NCBI GenBank assembly: GCA_030390025.1
Contig: CM059432.1
Location: forward strand, 57,476,001 to 57,540,000
Direction of reading: 5' to 3'
Source: Squalus acanthias
Taxonomy: Eukaryota
DNA: 64,000 nt
Under the pieces are notes generated by a model. It searched no databases. It saw only the letters and a list, made by a program, of their open reading frames with translations, and had not been told where the DNA came from. The position numbers and the translations under genes were made by a program. This document shows positions 47,104-59,993 of this stretch, one piece after another; positions within the stretch are counted from its first letter, which is position 1; the number at the start of each line of letters is the position of its first letter.

Positions 47104-47627
47104 GGCCCATGAATTTTCCACCCGTTTTTGCATAATCAGGGCGGGTACCTGCACCTCTGGGGGCATATATCAGGCACCAGCCAGAGGAAGATCACAAAGT
47201 GCAGTGTAGGGTGCACCGTCTGGATGGGGAGGGGGGTCTGCCAGGACCTCTGGAAAGATGCCACCTGTCTCTTATTGGCTCTCCTTATAAGGGGGGCAAT
47301 CATGATTTTTTTTTAAACCTTCAGTGATACAAGTTACAACCCAGGCTTCGATCCCCATGTGGTCCCCAGTCCCACCGCTGTTCCGCCAGGCCAGGGAGGA
47401 CAAAACTCCCAGAATAAGAGTCCGCTCCCCAGCCACCCCCTATCTGACACCGCTGTCCTTGTTTGCAGCTTGCAGAGGTTCCACCCTAAACAATCCCCTG
47501 CCAAAACTGGCAGAGAAGGCCGTCATCTGATATATCCAGGTCCTAGCCTTCATTTCTGGTTCTTCCGCTGCACTTCTACTGGGTTAATGTCAGGAGTGTG
47601 CGAGAAGAGCTGTGAATTTTTGGCCCC
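47104..47627. mobile_element. Old Harbinger-type MITE
   Basis: Degenerate TIRs GGCCCATGAATTTT / GAATTTTTGGCCCC. Confidence 0.4.
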
Positions 47628-48225
47628 AGAGGGTCCCGCAGACCTGGAAGCAGTCATGCAGAGGGTAAACATCTCTGCATCTTACATCTGCTGGATTAGA
47701 CCACCCAACCCACCACTCTTGTAAGGATGCGGAGAAAGGCCATGATAAGTAATGAGGATGATTGTCAATTGTCTTACGTTGCTATTTATGGATATGACTA
47801 TGAATGAACTTACAATGCTATAACTGCCTATCCAAGGAGGTTAGAGGTATCACATGTGTTTGCCTAGGTAGTTTCACAGAAGAGTATTGTTAACACAGTT
47901 TTATCCAGTAGTATGTGCAAAGAAGAGCACAAATTGGAGGAATTACAGATACTTTGATAATATTAGAACCAACTTCAAAAGGAGGACATGAGAAGTTGTA
48001 ACCAAGAAAGACAGTTGACTATACTGAACTGATACTATGAAAGTGCTCACTCTGCTCTTTGAATGGTGGCTAGGAAGGTGGATGATATTTTGTTTGATTA
48101 ATCCTATCAACATATATAATGGTCTGCAGCTTTCAGTTCTGTCAGCAAAATTTCCTTTCCTGTAATGCCTGCTGTTTTTGAATTGGGAAGGGGAAGATGG
48201 CCTTCATTGTGTGTCAGCATGTGTG

Positions 48226-49110
48226 AACATAAGAACATAATAAGAACATAAGAAATAGGAGCAGGTGTAGGCCATTCAGCCCATCGAGCCTGCTCCGCTA
48301 TTCAATAAGATCATGGCTGATCTTCTACCTCAACTCCACTTTCCTGCACTATCCTCATATCCCTTGATTCCCTTAATATCCAAAAATTTATCAATCACTG
48401 TCTTGAATATATTGAATATACTCAACGACTGAGCCTCCACAGCCCTCTGGGGTAGAGAATTCCAAAGATTCACCACCCTCTGAGTGAAGAAGTTTCTCCT
48501 CATCTCAGTCCTAAATGGCCGACCCCTTATTCTGAGACTGTGACCCATGGTTCTAGACTCCCCATCCAGGGGAAACATCCTCCCTGCATCTACCCTGTCA
48601 AGCCCTGTAAGAATTTTGTATGTTTCAATGAGATCACCTCTCATTCTTCTAAACCCTAGAGAATATAGGCCTAGTCTACTCAATCTCTCCTCATAGGACA
48701 ATCCCCCCATCCCAGGAACCAGTCTGGTGAACCTTCGTTGCACTCCCTCTATGGCAAGTATATCCTTCCTTAGGTAAGGAGACCAAAACTGTACACAATA
48801 CTCCAGGTGTGGTCTCACCAGGGCCCTATATAATTGCAGTAAGACGTCTTTAACTCTTATACTCTTATACTCAAATCCTCTTGTAATAAAGGCCAACATA
48901 CCATTTGCTTTCCTAATTGCTTGCTGTACCTGCATGTTAACTTTCAGTGATTCGTGTACAAGGACACCCAGGTCCCTCTGAACACCAACATTTCCCAATC
49001 TCTCACCATTTAAAAAATACTCTGCTTTTCTATTTTTCCTACCAAAGTGGATAACTTCACGTTTCTCCACAATATATTCCATTTGTCATGTTCTTGCCCA
49101 TTCACTTAGC
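48226..49110 (-). mobile_element. CR1 3' fragment
   Basis: ORF 48330-49082 is the ORF2 C-terminus; (CTTATGTT)n tail. Confidence 0.93.
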
Positions 49111-51209
49111 TGTGATGGACTCAGCAAATAAAACCACTTTCCCATTATGAGGAGGCTATTACAGAGATCATAGGCCAGAAGGCCCCACAAGGGCTGGGGA
49201 CACACTGAAGTTTATGAAGATTATACCAGTGCTTGCTTGTTCAATGAAAATGGTATATATTGACTGACAATGGTTTTGAGGTCATCAGTTTGTACTCTCT
49301 GTGCAGTATCCATATGCATTAACAATATCCATGGGCTTATCATGTACCATCTTCCTCACAGAAAGTCAGCAAGGCCAGGAGGACGAAGGTAGTAGTGGGG
49401 GACAGCATCACTTACTTCGATAGTCCGATCACCCATATCAGTGGAGGTAGACACCAACAAAATATAGACAATTTGGAGTGTTTTAGTGAGCTTGCATGGG
49501 AACAAATGTTGAGTCACTTATCGCAGGTGAACAAGGTCAGAATTGGTGATTGAAGAAGGTCTGGTTGCTGCTAAGTAGAGTTTCCAAATGTCCATCTGAC
49601 CCTCTGAGTCACCCTCCGATTCTGCCACCAGTGAAGCAGAGGATACTTCACGGGCATCAACTGGTGAACTAGCCACTTGCCTATTCCATAACATAATGCA
49701 AAATGGTCTTAGTAGTATCACTAAATTTGCTAACCAGTTAGGTAGTGGAGTATATCAAGATTTGTCTGCTGTACAGGCTACAATTGAGCAGTAAACAACA
49801 TTAATGGCACCTGCAGCAGAGACCTTAGACACACTGGTGATAGGAACAGCTGAAGCATCTCTCAGGAATGCTCCTATTAATGATGGTGAGGCATTGCAAT
49901 TCAAGATCTATGATGCAATGTAAGCCAGATTTGCTGTGCTTGGGATAAACATGAAGGAGGGATGCAGAAACCTTGCAGCAGTGCTGTTTACAGAGATTAG
50001 TGGCTGCTATTAGGCTTGGCCTCTAACATTGGCAAATGTGCAAAAGCACAGGAACAGATCAGTGGCTCTTAAGTCACTGCCAGTCCTTTGGCAGCATGTG
50101 CCTCAATCAAGTGACAGGAGAAGCACACTTAAGCATGCAAATCTCACAGCCAGAATAGAACAGGCTATTCCCAGACACAGACACGAGTGTCTGGATCTGC
50201 AATAAATAGATGTAGATGGTCAGTAGTATCAAAAGCAAGTCCTCAGGACACCTTTCACGAAACCTGTGCATCCTTTTCTTCCATTAGGGAATCATCAGTA
50301 CACGAGTGACTAGTTTACATAGCACAAGGATACGGCACCATGAATTCATGCTTATTGCACACAACATGTACTCTTGCATCATTAAAAGCAAATGTTCAAT
50401 CCGGTAAAGATTGCTGTCATTTATTTTAATTAATTACAAAACAAAAGCACATGCAGGGGATTTTCCTCCAGAGTTACACTGGTTCCCTGGCACAACTCCA
50501 GTAGAAGGGGGCGGGGATTCGTGACAGCCAGCTATTTTGCAGCCACTGCCAGGATTTCCCACAGAAATTGACATTGGTCGATCCAAATATGGGACGGTGT
50601 ATTGAAATAAAGTACAAATGACAGGAATACGTCATACAACATATTTGCTTCATTTGCCCTGTAGCAGTGCTGAGTGTTAGGAAGAACGCTGGCTGCCGTT
50701 GTACAGTGTTGCTATGCTGCGTGGAGGATGATTTCAAATTTAAATCCCACAAGGGATTGTAACCGACCAATTACACTCCCTCTGCCCCAATTTTCAAAAA
50801 TATTTATGTTGCCTTCAGCTGCCTAGCGGGTAGCAGTCCAGACTACAACGATACAGGGTCCTGAGGTCCTCAGCGATTTCCCTCCCTCTCTAAGGCAGAC
50901 TTTCCAATGCAGACAGAAATCCCGCTGGCAGCCTAATAAAAGTATTAAAATGTGCCTCACCCCAGGATGTTGGGTGGAGTCAGGGGTGTAGGCATGGGGC
51001 AGTGGAAGTTCCGCCCCACCCAAGTTTTGCTGCCATTGGAGAAGGGAGTAAAATTGGCCCTTTAGTCTAGTACATTAAATAAAAAGCCTAACAACTTCAG
51101 CTAAATTTTTTTTTACAAACATTCATATTTCTATTTCCAGGATAGTTTTGCAAAGGCTTCAAGGGAAAATATCTTTGGGGGGTTCATCACACCTATGCTG
51201 CTTTGGCAT

Positions 51210-51500
51210 TGGCTACTGTGATCAGTCAGTGGGGAGCACCCTCGCCTCTGAGTCAGAAGGTTGTGGGTTCAAGTCCCACTCCAGGGACTTGAGCACATAA
51301 ATCTAGGCTGACACTCCAGTGCAGTGCTGAGGGAGTGCTGCACTGTCGGAGGTGCCGTCTTTCGGATGAGACGTTAAACCGAGGCCCCGTCTGCCCTCTC
51401 AGTTGGATGTAAAAGATCCCATGGCACTATTTCGAAGAAGAGCAGGGGAGTTCTCCCCGGGGTCCTGGCATAAATGCAAGTCTTTCTTTTTCTTTTTTCT
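51210..51500 (+). mobile_element. Deu-domain SINE with internal deletion
   Basis: B box GGTTCAAGTCC, Deu core, tail ATAAATGCAAGTCTTTC. Confidence 0.85.
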
Positions 51501-52775
51501 TTGTGATCACTCCTCCCAACCGCTCCCTGAGGTGTGCCCTTTGACAAGTTGGGTGGGAGGGGTTTAGTAGGCATGGGTGTGGAGACATTTAGATCTTTTA
51601 ATGGTGATATGCCTCTTTCAATGGCAGTATCATGCAACATGCAACTTACCACAATTATTCGGTCATGCTACATGCCACCACTCAAGCAGTTCAAACATTG
51701 GAAACATTCCTTTAACAGGACAAATGCGCACTCTATGATATTTATGCCTTGCATATGTATATCATTGTAGGCCCTTTCTTCAGATGCACAAGTGTTCCAT
51801 ATGGATATGATCTGCCAGATTTTGCTTAGCAATTCATGTCTCCCAAGAGCTAACCCTGCTTTCTGTTTCTCTTCTCCAAACAGTTGGGAAACCCTTGCCT
51901 CCATCAGTATGTGTGCTTCATGAGAACTCTAGAATATGACCATTCACTTACATAACTCTTTGCTGTTAGTAACATACCTGTACATCTGGCAGTAACCATA
52001 CCTCTTGAAAAAGTGTATAGCATTGCCTATAGATGTCTGTGAGCAATGAGAGCAATCAATGGCACCTTTGTCTCTGGGAATACGACACAACCAAAACATT
52101 GAGCATGCTTCTCCAGCTGGTACTGATTTTGAGCTTTATGCGTGCAGTTGAGTGATGAAGGAGGACATCTGGTATCTCTGTGATGCAGCAGCAAACTTCA
52201 TACTAGCTGGTCCTTCTCTGCTGTCATCTCTTGGTGCCTGGAAGGATCCAATGACATAAAAGTTTAGTACAGTAGTCACTCTCACCTTCACTGACAGTGA
52301 CATTCAGATGTTACTCCTTGGCTGAAGTCTGGCTCCAGCTGCTGACACAGGACATTGTGTTCCTGGGAAGTTGCAGCATCATCACACATTAGGGCTGAAT
52401 CCCCATCAGGGGCTCCCTGGTGCGGGTAGCGAGTTCTGAAAGTATGCCTCCTATACACTTGGACCTTCAGGGTCATGGTTCTGCTCTTCCTGCTCCTCCT
52501 CTTTTTCCAAAGTCTCAAGCAAAGAGAGACTTGATGCTACTCCCATGGTGCTGTATTCACCACTTTGATGATATCCATAAACTATCTTCTGCTCAACTCA
52601 CCCTTCAATCTCTGCCCACTCACTCAGGTGCTTTTATGCCAATTTTAATCAACTGAATTTAACACAATGTGATAATCAAGTAACCCCAATGTAAATTTGC
52701 ACATTAATTGCTGCTTAACGAACATTTAATAAGCAAAAAGAAAACTGTTAATGGAGCAATTTGAAAAGCATGGTG

Positions 52776-52895
52776 TGTAATATCTTGAGACACAGCATAT
52801 ATATACAACAGCACAACATGGATTCCGGTAAGAACTGTACCGCACATGGCTTTATTATTATATATATCAGTAGTCCACCAGGTGGCTCTATTACA
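52776..52895 (-). repeat. 3' LTR (120 bp); PPT TAAGGAGGGATAAG adjacent at 52896-52909
   Basis: About 12 mismatches to 58642-58761. Confidence 0.95.
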
Positions 52896-54969
52896 CTTAT
52901 CCCTCCTTATTGAAGAAGTTAATCATATCAAATAATCATTGTACATGACTTGCATGGTATACACAACTCTTGGTATACCTTTCTCAAATGGAATCCATTT
53001 TATGTTTTCAAATTCTACTATAGAATTCTGTAACACAAACAAAAGATATGAACTTATTTTCCATATTTACAGATTAAACTTAACCACTAGTTTTCTGTTT
53101 CAAAGAGGATACCTACTTTCTTGAACAGAACTTTCAGATCTTGTTGCAGCATTTTGACTCATTCTAAGCTGAGCCTGCGGAGAATTTTTCTCTAAGGGCT
53201 GACCTTGATTTACATTTGAACTCTTTACACTTTCAGACTGTTTGTCTGCCTGACTCAGGCTCAGACTTAAATTCTGACTTTGTCTTGGACTTGTTTCTGG
53301 TACGTCTGATGTAGGATTTGCTACTGGTATTCTACTTGTAACAAGACTATCTGACTCATCAGAATAAATTGAATCATCCCAGCTTTCAACGCCTTCCACA
53401 TCTGTATTTAAGATATGATCAATGTGAACAAACCTAACCTTTCCATGATCAAACATCTTGACCAAATATGTGCGAGGGCCACATATCTTCACTACTCTTC
53501 CTGGTAACCACTTTAACCATTTATGGTGATGGTTCTTCACTGTAACCTTCTGCTTCAACTTCACACTTCTCTCTCTAACTCCACCTTTATCATGACTCTC
53601 TTCTGCCTTGATTGTTTCTCTTCTACAGACTGTGCCAAGTTTGGCTTTAACAACGAGAACCTGGTTCATGGCTGTCGTTTGAGAAACAACACTGCTGGTT
53701 TTCTACCAGTAGTGGTATGAGGAGTATTCTGATAGGTAATCAGAAAATTTGCCAGTTTGTGGTTCAACGACAACTGACGTTTCTTTGGATTTGGATCCAA
53801 CATTTGCTTGATGAGGGCAGGTTTGACAATTTGTACTGTGCACTCTGCGGCACCATTTGAAGCAGGGTGGTACGGTGGAACTTTGGTATGTTTCACACCG
53901 TTTCTGCTCATGAACTGTGTGAACTCTTCTGAACAAAATTGCGGCCCATTATCAGACACAATTTCTTCTGGGAGACCGTATGAAGAAAACAATCTTCGCA
54001 AATTGTCTAGTGTTTTGCTTGTTGTTATTATCCATATCGGAAACACCTCTACCCACTTCGAGTGACTATCTATCACTATGAACAATTGCTGTCCTTCTAG
54101 CTCAGCAAAATCTACATGTAACCTTTGCCACACTCTGGGAGGCCATTTCCATGGCTGTAATGGTACTGATGGTGGTTTCTTGCTCACCAATTGACATGTT
54201 GTACACTGACTAACTATGTACTCTATCTCTTTATCTAAACCTGGCCACCTTAAGTAACTGCGTGCAAAGCTCTTGGTCAAGCACAGTCTCAAATGCTGGT
54301 CTTGAAGATCTCCTAACAATTTAGACCTGAACCTATTTGGGATAACCACTCTTGCTCCCCACATGGTACAATCTTTATCCACAGGCAATTCATTCCGATG
54401 AACGAAGTATGGATGGATATCTTCCTCTGATACCTGGTTTGGCCATCCATTTGCTATGTAATCATACACCTTTGACATAATTGTGTCACATTTGGTTGCC
54501 CTAACAATCTCTTCAGCTGTGATTGGCAGCTCATCAATGTATGAGAAATAGAACACTTCTTCCTTATTGGGTGTAACTTGTGATGGGGATGGCAACCTGG
54601 ACATAGCATCAACATTACTGTGATCAGCTGATCGTCTGTACTCAATGTCATACATATATGCTGACAAAATCAAAGCCCAGCTCTGCATTCGGGCTGCAGC
54701 TAAGGTTGGAACTGGAGACTTTGGATGGAGGATTGCTGTCAGGAGCTTATGGTCAGTAACTATGGTAAACTTACGACCAAACAAATATTTGTGAAACTTC
54801 TTGACCCCAAAAATCAATGACAAAGCTTCCCTTTCGATCTGCGCATAATTCCGCTCACTGGCACTGAGAGTGCGTGATTGGTCTCTCCTCCCCACTATCT
54901 AGTGCATGAGAGATCACTGCCCCAACTCTGTACGGAGAGGCATCACATGCTAGCTTGATCTCCTTAGAT

Positions 54970-56181
54970 GGACAAAGGAGCTGAATTCCAGAGGTGAGGT
55001 GAGAGTGACAGCCCTTGACATCAAGGCAGCATTTGACCGAGTGTGGCATCAAGGAGCCCTAGTAAAACTGAAGTCAATGGGATTCAGGGGGAAAATTCTC
55101 CACTGGCTAGAGTCATACCTAGCACAAAGGAAGATGGTTGTGATGGTTGAAGGACAATCATCACAGCCCCAGGACATCACTGCAGGAGTTCCTCAGGGCA
55201 GTGCCCTAGGCCCAACCATCTTCAGCTGCTTCATCAATGACCTTCCCTCCAACATAAGGTCAGAAATGGGGATGTTCGCTGATGACTGCAAAATGTTCAA
55301 TGCCATTCACAACTCCTCAGATAATGAAGCAGTCCATGCCCGTATGCAACAAGATCTGGACGGCGTTCAGGCTTGGGCTGATAAGTGGCAGGTAACATTC
55401 ACGCCACAGAAGTGCCAGGCATTGACTATCTCCAACAAGCGAGAGTTTAAACACCGCCCCTTGACATTCAACGGCATTACCATCGCCGAATCCCCCACCA
55501 TCAACATCCTGGGGGTCACCATTGACCAGAAACTTATCTGGACCAGCCACATAAATACTGTGGTAACAAGAGCAGGTCAGAGGCTGGGTATTCTGCGGCG
55601 AGTGTCTCACCTCCTGACTCCCTAAAGCCTTTCCACCATCTACAAGGCACAAGTCAGGAGTGTGATGGAATACTCTCCACTTGCCTGGATGAGTGCAGCT
55701 CCAACCACACTCAAGAAGCTCGAGACCATCCAGGACAAAGCAGCCCACTTGATTGGCACCCCATCCACCACCTTAAACATTCACTCCCTCCACCACCGGC
55801 GTACCGTGGCTGCAGTGTGTACCATCTACAAGATGCACTGCAGCAACTCGCCAAAGGCTTCTTCGACAGCACCTCCCAAACCCGCAACCTCTGCCACCTA
55901 GAAGGACAAGGCAGCAGGCATATGGGAACACCACCAGCTCCTAGTTCCCCTCCAAGTCACACACCATCCTGAACTGGATATATATCCCCGATCCTTCATC
56001 GTCGTTGGGTCAAAATCCTGGAACTCCCTACCTAACAGCACTGTGAGAGTACATTCACCACATGGACTGCAGCGGTTCAAGAAGGCGGCTCACCACCACC
56101 TTCTCAAGGGCAATTAGGGATGGGCAATAAATGCTGGCCCTGCCAGCGACGCCCACAACCCATACACAAATTTAAAAAAAA
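54970..56181 (+). mobile_element. LINE-B, 5'-truncated, inside Gypsy pol
   Basis: AGAT TSD (54966-54969, 56182-56185); RT ORF 54999-55625; A tail. Confidence 0.92.
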
Positions 56182-56944
56182 AGATACATCATAGTAAACT
56201 AAAATGGTACTCTCTACTAACCTGCTTTTACACTCTTTGAATGCTGTGCCGCATTCTTTTGACCTCTTCCAAGTGATCTGTTTTCTCAACAGCTCAGTCA
56301 GTGGATGTAACAGTGTAGCCAAGTTTGGGAGGAACTTTCCATAATAATTAAAAAACCCCAAAAATGCTCAAAGTTCAGAGACATTCTTGGGAGTTGGTGC
56401 ATTTCTGATTGAATCCAGCTTTCCCTTGGTTGGATGTAAACCATCTTTGTCTAGTCTGTGCCCTAAGTACTCCACTGAGTTTTGAAACAACTCACACTTG
56501 TGAGCTGTCACTCATACTCCGTGCTTCTCCAGCATTTGAGCACTTCATTCAATACCTCATCATGGATTTGCCTTTTTGGTGCTGAAATGAGTATGTCATC
56601 CAAATAACACACTACCCCTTCAATCCCTTGAAAAATTTGGTTCATCACCCCCTGGAATATGTCGCGAGGGTAGCCTAATGAGTATTTATAGTCAAGTATG
56701 ACTTGGACTCTTCATCTAACTCAAGTTGTAGGTAGGCATTTGTTAGATCTAACTTTGAAACAATCTGGCCACCTGTCAGCATTGTGAACAAATCTTCCAC
56801 ATTCCACATTGGCAACGTATTGGGTAGATTACACTCTAGAACCTGGTTTATGGTTACCTTATAATCACCACACAACCTTACCTTACCATCTGACTTAGGT
56901 ACAACAACAATGGGTGTAGCCCAATTACTCAGATCTACCTTAGA

Positions 56945-57227
56945 GTCCAAAAATGTGCGGGTTAGGTTGATTTGGCTATGATAAATTGACCCTTAGTGTT
57001 AGGGGGGGATTAAATATGTGGGGTTATGAGGATAGGATGGGATATGTTAGGGGGAATTAAATACGTGGGGTTACGGGGGTAGGGTGGGATATGTGTACTG
57101 TGGGGATTAAAGCAGGGACAGGGTACTGGATTTGGATGATCAGCCATGATCGTATTGAATGGTGGAGCAGGCTCGATGGGCCGAATGGCCTACTCCTGCT
57201 CCTAGATTCTATGTTTCTATGTTTCTA
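56945..57227 (+). mobile_element. 5'-truncated HE1-like (V-domain) SINE with CR1-derived tail
   Basis: GTCCAAAAATGTGCGGGTTAGG..TAAATTG.CCCTTAGTGT; 3' end like the CR1 3' UTR, plus (TTCTATGT)n. Confidence 0.75.
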
Positions 57228-58618
57228 TAATGTTCTCAGTTTCTAGTCTTTTGAGTTCTTGCTCAACTTTCTCCTTGAGTGCGTATGGTACGGGACGTGG
57301 CTTGCAGTAAACTGGTCTTGTGTCCTTCTGCACTCTGACACTCGCCTTGAAGTCTTGGATCGGACTGCCCATTTCACTGAACACCTTCGGATACTGTTCG
57401 ATGCAAATTTCGCTTCCACACGAAAAATCTCATTCCAATCCAGCTTCAGTGATCCCAACCAATTTCTACCTATCAAGGCAGGCTTGTCTCCTGCCACTAC
57501 TATGAGAGGCAAGCTCTGACACTGATTCTTGAATTTCACTGGTATGGTGACACTTCCTACTACAAGGATTTGCTCTTCTGAGTAGCCTCGCAGCTCTACC
57601 TTCGATTTCTCTAGTCGATAATCATGCAACTTGTCGCGATATAGTGATTCCAGTACTACGCTCACGGATGCACCATGGGTATCCTGGTTTACTCTTCTGT
57701 CGGCACGCCTTCGCAAGATGCCCACTTTTCTTGCAGTAGAAACACTCTGCCTTCACATATGGGCATCTTTGAGCGATGTGTTGTGCCAGGCACCGATAGC
57801 ACGACTTCAATGCACTGTTACATTGGCCAGTTGCTGAGGCCTTGGGGCCCAACTGCCTTTTACTTTTAGCCTGCAGCCGATTCACCTCGGTTGTCTGACA
57901 ACTGCAAATGGCGCAGAACTCTCGGGAGTATCGGTCGGCCATATCCATCAACATAGCTGTCTGACAAGCTAAGTCAAAAGTCAAGTGAGGGGTAGTCAAC
58001 AATTTACTTCTGATACGTTCATTTTTCAACCCACAAACAAAGCGGTCACGCAACGCTCGGTCCTGAAAGTTTCCGAAATGACAGTGAATGGATAGCTTTT
58101 TTAAAGCTACAATGTACTCACTGATACCCTCATCATGTAATTGATCACGTGTTGCAAAACGATAACTTTCAGCAATTTCCAGGGGCTCAGGACTGTAATG
58201 CTGTTTTAACTTGGTTAGGAGCTCCTTCAGTGGTGTGTTCTTCGGCTTGGCGGAAACAAGCACATTTTTCAGCGTTTCATACACCTCGGGGCCTGCTTCA
58301 GTCAAATAAATAGCTCGTTTCATTTCTAAAACTGCCCGATTACAGTTTACATCATCGAGGACTTCAACAATACTATTCGCAGTGAAAAACATTTCTAGAT
58401 GCTTCACATAGTCTCTTGGTCACACTGGAACTCACCCAAGCGCCCTATTATCCCATAGGCGCGGCCATCTCAACTCTGGCAATGTCGACAGTTCAGCCAT
58501 GTGTGTTCGAAATTTACCTCGGATTTTTAAGTTTCTCTGCAAAACGAAGAACCTCTAACAGTCCCTCTGTCAATTGGCAGGATTATTATCCAACCAAAAT
58601 TTCAGCTAGGGAATCCGC

Positions 58619-58637
58619 AATCCCATCCTCGTCGCCA
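58619..58637 (-). promoter_or_regulatory. Primer-binding site complementary to the tRNA-Ser(GCU) 3' end
   Basis: Plus strand AATCCCATCCTCGTCGCCA equals the vertebrate tRNA-Ser(GCU) 3' end including CCA (from memory); 4 nt from the 5' LTR. Confidence 0.85.
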
Positions 58638-58641
58638 ATTC

Positions 58642-58761
58642 TGTGATATCTTGAGACACAGCATATATATACAACAGCACAACATGGCTTCCGGTAAGAA
58701 CTGTACTGTATATGGCTTTATTATTCTATACATCAGTAGTTCATCAAGTGACTCTACTACA
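58642..58761 (-). repeat. 5' LTR (120 bp)
   Basis: Direct repeat of 52776-52895. Confidence 0.95.
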
Positions 58762-59089
58762 TGGTGAAAGTTACCACGTGTTCAATTAATGCAAAAGCAC
58801 AAAATTGCAATACCTTAGTGCAGAATTAACATGTTTGCTGGCTTCAATGCGCAGAGGAAATTAGCACAATGTAAGGAATTGTGTGTGCATGCCATATTGC
58901 TCAGAACTCAAACTTTAGATAATTATCTTGTTGCACAGAACTAATCTATTTCCTGTTAAAACTGTAAAATGATCTAAGCATTTTTAATTTAAAAAGGTGG
59001 CTTAATGGCAGAACTCCCTCTATAACTCACTTCACTGTAAAGTATTCCACATAATTAAAAATAGCTTTCTAATTTAAGTACTAGCTTAC

Positions 59090-59215
59090 ATGGCAACATT
59101 GTAATTGTTGTGAAAGTAGAATACACAATAATGCAGAGTCGGACAAAAGAATTGATTCCACCAATGAGCAGAATTGTTATAACACATGATTGACTTCATT
59201 ACACACTCATCCTTT
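59090..59215 (-). CDS. Candidate 126-nt internal exon of an unidentified host gene
   Basis: Pyrimidine tract + TACAG acceptor, GTAAGC donor, symmetric phase 2-2 open frame, non-repeat context. Peptide not recognised. Confidence 0.25.
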
Positions 59216-59993
59216 CTGTATAGGTTTAAGGAGAACAAAACACAGTCATCATTTATTAGTTTCTCACTCACTTCTTCATGGTTCTGATTTAAATATTTAG
59301 GTTGCTTAGAAAAATTAATAGCTTGTTTTGTTATCATAGTCTTACCATTATGACAATTTACCTAAAGCACATTTAAATTTCCACTCGCCCTGTGCTGATG
59401 AATAATTTATGTTCAAGAAATTATCATAAATATCACAATTTTTGAAATGCAAGCTGTGCCATCAAATAATGCAGCCAAAAGTACAGGGCCACTGTTCAAT
59501 TTAGTCTCGATGAATAAATCATAAAACAAGGAAGAAATGCTATGCTAAAATAAATAGTCCATGAAGAAAAACCTCAAATGGGTTATTCTCATGAATTGGA
59601 AAGATCTGGTATATTCATTGCATTTTATTTTGTGCATGTAAATTAGCTTTCCATTCACTTCATGTACACTTGTTTTCCTTTGGCAGTGCCTGTCATTTGT
59701 TTTAGAAGCACAGTGTTTTCATTTAATTGTGTCATTTATTTCTCAAATTTTAATTTTAAATTGCTCTCAGCCTCATAAATAATGCTAAACAATCCACAAA
59801 ACATTGGGTCAAACAAGAACAAACCTGCCTGAAGAAATAGCATATTAACCTGAGACTTGTACTGATTTGTTGTTAAACATTTTCAAGACGTCAATCTAAA
59901 TAATACAACAGGGGCATGTGAAATCCTGAAGTACTAGTGTATAGTTTACCCATAACTAATTTACATATGTAAACATTTATTACTGGCATATAA

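Larger units (their letters stand above)
47900..52740. mobile_element. Ancient, heavily decayed Harbinger (Myb gene on +, transposase on - at ~51535-52540)
   Basis: Myb exon 2 GKMAF..|..IKPLSHYEEAITEIIG split by a CR1. Transposase EERAYN..H..IIECAFVLLKECFQCL and SCMLHD.AI. Confidence 0.7.
53100..58468 (-). pseudogene. Gypsy gag-pol polyprotein, disrupted
   Basis: Zinc knuckles CYRC..H....C and CFYCKKSGHLAKAC; WATPIVVVPK, RLCGDYK, LACDAS, NYAQIEREAL; integrase LHVDF, VSDNGPQF, SNGAAE. Confidence 0.92.
52776..58761 (-). mobile_element. Complete Gypsy/Ty3 LTR retrotransposon (Mag-like), decayed, with nested LINE and SINE
   Basis: 120-bp TG..CA LTRs; TGGTG TSD (52771-52775, 58762-58766); PBS and PPT; gag-PR-RT-RH-INT order. 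Confidence 0.96.
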
